A stretch of DNA of 43,964 nt, from IMG/VR virus record IMGVR_UViG_3300025861_000004; one strand, 5' to 3'. The position numbers and the translations under genes are program-made. Of the stretch, positions 42,596 through 43,964 are shown in pieces (positions within the stretch are counted from its first letter, which is position 1; each line of letters starts with the position of its first letter). Source of the DNA: a virus. Lineage: Duplodnaviria > Heunggongvirae > Uroviricota > Caudoviricetes. Under the pieces are notes generated by a model that saw nothing but the letters and a program-made list of their open reading frames with translations, was not told the origin of the DNA and made no database searches.

Positions 42596-43584
42596 GGGGT
42601 GCGTCCTGCCTGGGGTTCGAGGTGTTCGACTGCGGGGTACCAGGTGCGGCATACCCTCAGAGCTGACGTCTTGAGCCGGTCGAGCACCCCGAGCAGGTGA
42701 GAGGCGGCCTCGCCCGACCGGATCTCCGTCTCCGAGTACCGGAGCGCCGAGTAGCCGAGGGCGTAGAACGCCTGGGCGGTCTCGGTGTCGTAGTCGATGC
42801 ACGCCGACGGATCGCGGAAGCGGCAGCTGGGGCCATGGAAGGCTTCACCGTCGCAGAAGATGAGGATCGTCCGTCCATCCTCCAGGCGCACCTCGATGTC
42901 GGCCTCTCGGCAGGTCGTCTCCCCTCGGACTTGGATCGTGCGCCAGCGATTGCGAGCGTGGATGACGATGCCTTCCGCCTCCATCTGGCTCACTAGCTCG
43001 TCTTCCAGGCCGCTGTGGAGCGTAAGGAGGGTCAGAGTCTGATGGATGGTTCGGACCTTCCGCGTGTGCATCATGCGGTCGAGGATCTCCTTCCCGAACG
43101 CATGCTCACCGATGGCCCGCAGCACCGGGTAGGTGACCCCCGCTTGCTGTCGGATGTCGTTGATGCGGTCGCCGGCCTGGATGGCGTGAACGACCCTCTG
43201 ATAGGTGGGGTCCCCTGGCTCCCAGCGAAGCGTCCTCGCAGTCAGCCCGTCTCGCCGCACCATGGGCACCTTGCCCTTTGGGCTGAGGTGATCAGTCGGC
43301 TTGGTGTCGAAGGTCAGGGCCTCGTACTGGCGCTTCCCGAGCTTCCTCCGCAGGTCGTCGCAGGTGGGGCAGCGCTTACGCCCCTTGAGCGCCTTGTCGC
43401 GCACCTCAAAGAGGCTCCCGCACTTCCTGCACCTCGTCGTGAGCCGGTACTCTGCGCGCCAGGCTAGCCACTCGTGTAGGAGCTTCCGGTGATCGTCGTC
43501 GAGGCGCTTGCGGAGGTGCTGTGTGAGGGCGCGGTAGGTGGGCATGGGCTGCCCGCAGACCCGGCAGTCGCCTAAATAGTTCAT
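42592..43584 (-). CDS. Zn-finger plus DUF559/Vsr-like endonuclease
   Basis: CRVC, CRKC, CPTC; EADI...IFCDGEAFH...LGYSALRYSETEI. Confidence 0.72.
   Translation of the reverse strand: MNYLGDCRVCGQPMPTYRALTQHLRKRLDDDHRKLLHEWLAWRAEYRLTTRCRKCGSLFEVRDKALKGRKRCPTCDDLRRKLGKRQYEALTFDTKPTDHLSPKGKVPMVRRDGLTARTLRWEPGDPTYQRVVHAIQAGDRINDIRQQAGVTYPVLRAIGEHAFGKEILDRMMHTRKVRTIHQTLTLLTLHSGLEDELVSQMEAEGIVIHARNRWRTIQVRGETTCREADIEVRLEDGRTILIFCDGEAFHGPSCRFRDPSACIDYDTETAQAFYALGYSALRYSETEIRSGEAASHLLGVLDRLKTSALRVCRTWYPAVEHLEPQAGRTP
42660..42666 (-). promoter_or_regulatory. TCAGCTC motif inside the end of a CDS
   Basis: 65 nt before ATG 42595; extended CGTCAGCTCTGA match. Confidence 0.45.
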
Positions 43585-43601
43585 TCTGCCAGGGTAGCAT
43601 A

Positions 43602-43964
43602 CTACCGCATTATATTGTTCCAAGGTCTAGATCGGCCGCGGAACTGCTCGCCCTCGGGCTTGGCGGGGTCGTCGGTCACCATGGGGACGAAGTGTCGAGG
43701 CCCCACGGGGAAGGGGGGACCGGCCCAGCCCTCCTCCTCGTCGTAGGAGATCTCTCCCGTGACGGGCAGGCGCGGCTCGACGATGTCGACGTCCCTGGTC
43801 TCGGGGTTGGGGAGCAGGACCCCGTAGGTGGGGACGCGGTACCGCACGTCCCCCTCGTCGATGAAGCTGAGCGTGGTGTGCTGCTGGAGCAGCGCCCCGC
43901 GGTTGGTGGGCCGGTGGGTCGGGCCGACGAGGTAGCGCTCCCCCGACTGCTTGACGACGAGGTC
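43602..43964 (-). CDS. 5'-truncated hypothetical (possibly structural) protein
   Basis: High-GC3 frame open to the window edge. Confidence 0.6.
   Translation of the reverse strand, partial: DLVVKQSGERYLVGPTHRPTNRGALLQQHTTLSFIDEGDVRYRVPTYGVLLPNPETRDVDIVEPRLPVTGEISYDEEEGWAGPPFPVGPRHFVPMVTDDPAKPEGEQFRGRSRPWNNIMR

Noticed and set aside
1-43964. Stop-codon reassignment (alternative genetic code)
   Set aside because: TAG, TGA and TAA all terminate well-defined genes, and conserved enzymes are uninterrupted under code 11
1-43964. IS element, integrase or rRNA
   Set aside because: No transposase or recombinase motifs, terminal repeats or rRNA-like sequence seen

Overview
A GC-rich, densely coded 44 kb segment that most likely comes from a very large (jumbo) bacteriophage. 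A Myxococcota/delta-proteobacterial host is a weak guess. There are no housekeeping operons. Instead there are many small hypothetical genes, putative virion genes, an ATP-dependent DNA ligase, an RNA ligase, a DpdA/TGT-like enzyme, host-like genes (gmk, a POT peptide transporter, a PP2C phosphatase, an RRM protein), a tRNA/ncRNA island, a methyltransferase-SF2 helicase with two inteins, and several free-standing endonucleases. Four observations stand out. (1) A domain-1-less, RF1-type (PET/GGQ) release factor is split by a prfB-style +1 frameshift cassette that uses UAG (GGAGG-GGT-CTT-TAG-C); it sits behind a structured leader and a 31-bp-period repeat array, in a window where about half of the genes end in UAG. 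(2) One intein's endonuclease slot holds a complete DUF559 endonuclease gene in a different reading frame, giving 741 nt of dual coding. (3) A bipartite promoter-like motif, TCAGCTC-N17-(Y/G)CGAC, is found 29 times, and 19 copies lie 31-33 nt before a start codon, which suggests leaderless mRNAs. (4) About 620 nt of unannotated, CCA-punctuated structured RNA lies among the tRNAs. All calls were made by eye from motifs; no database searches or folding programs were run.
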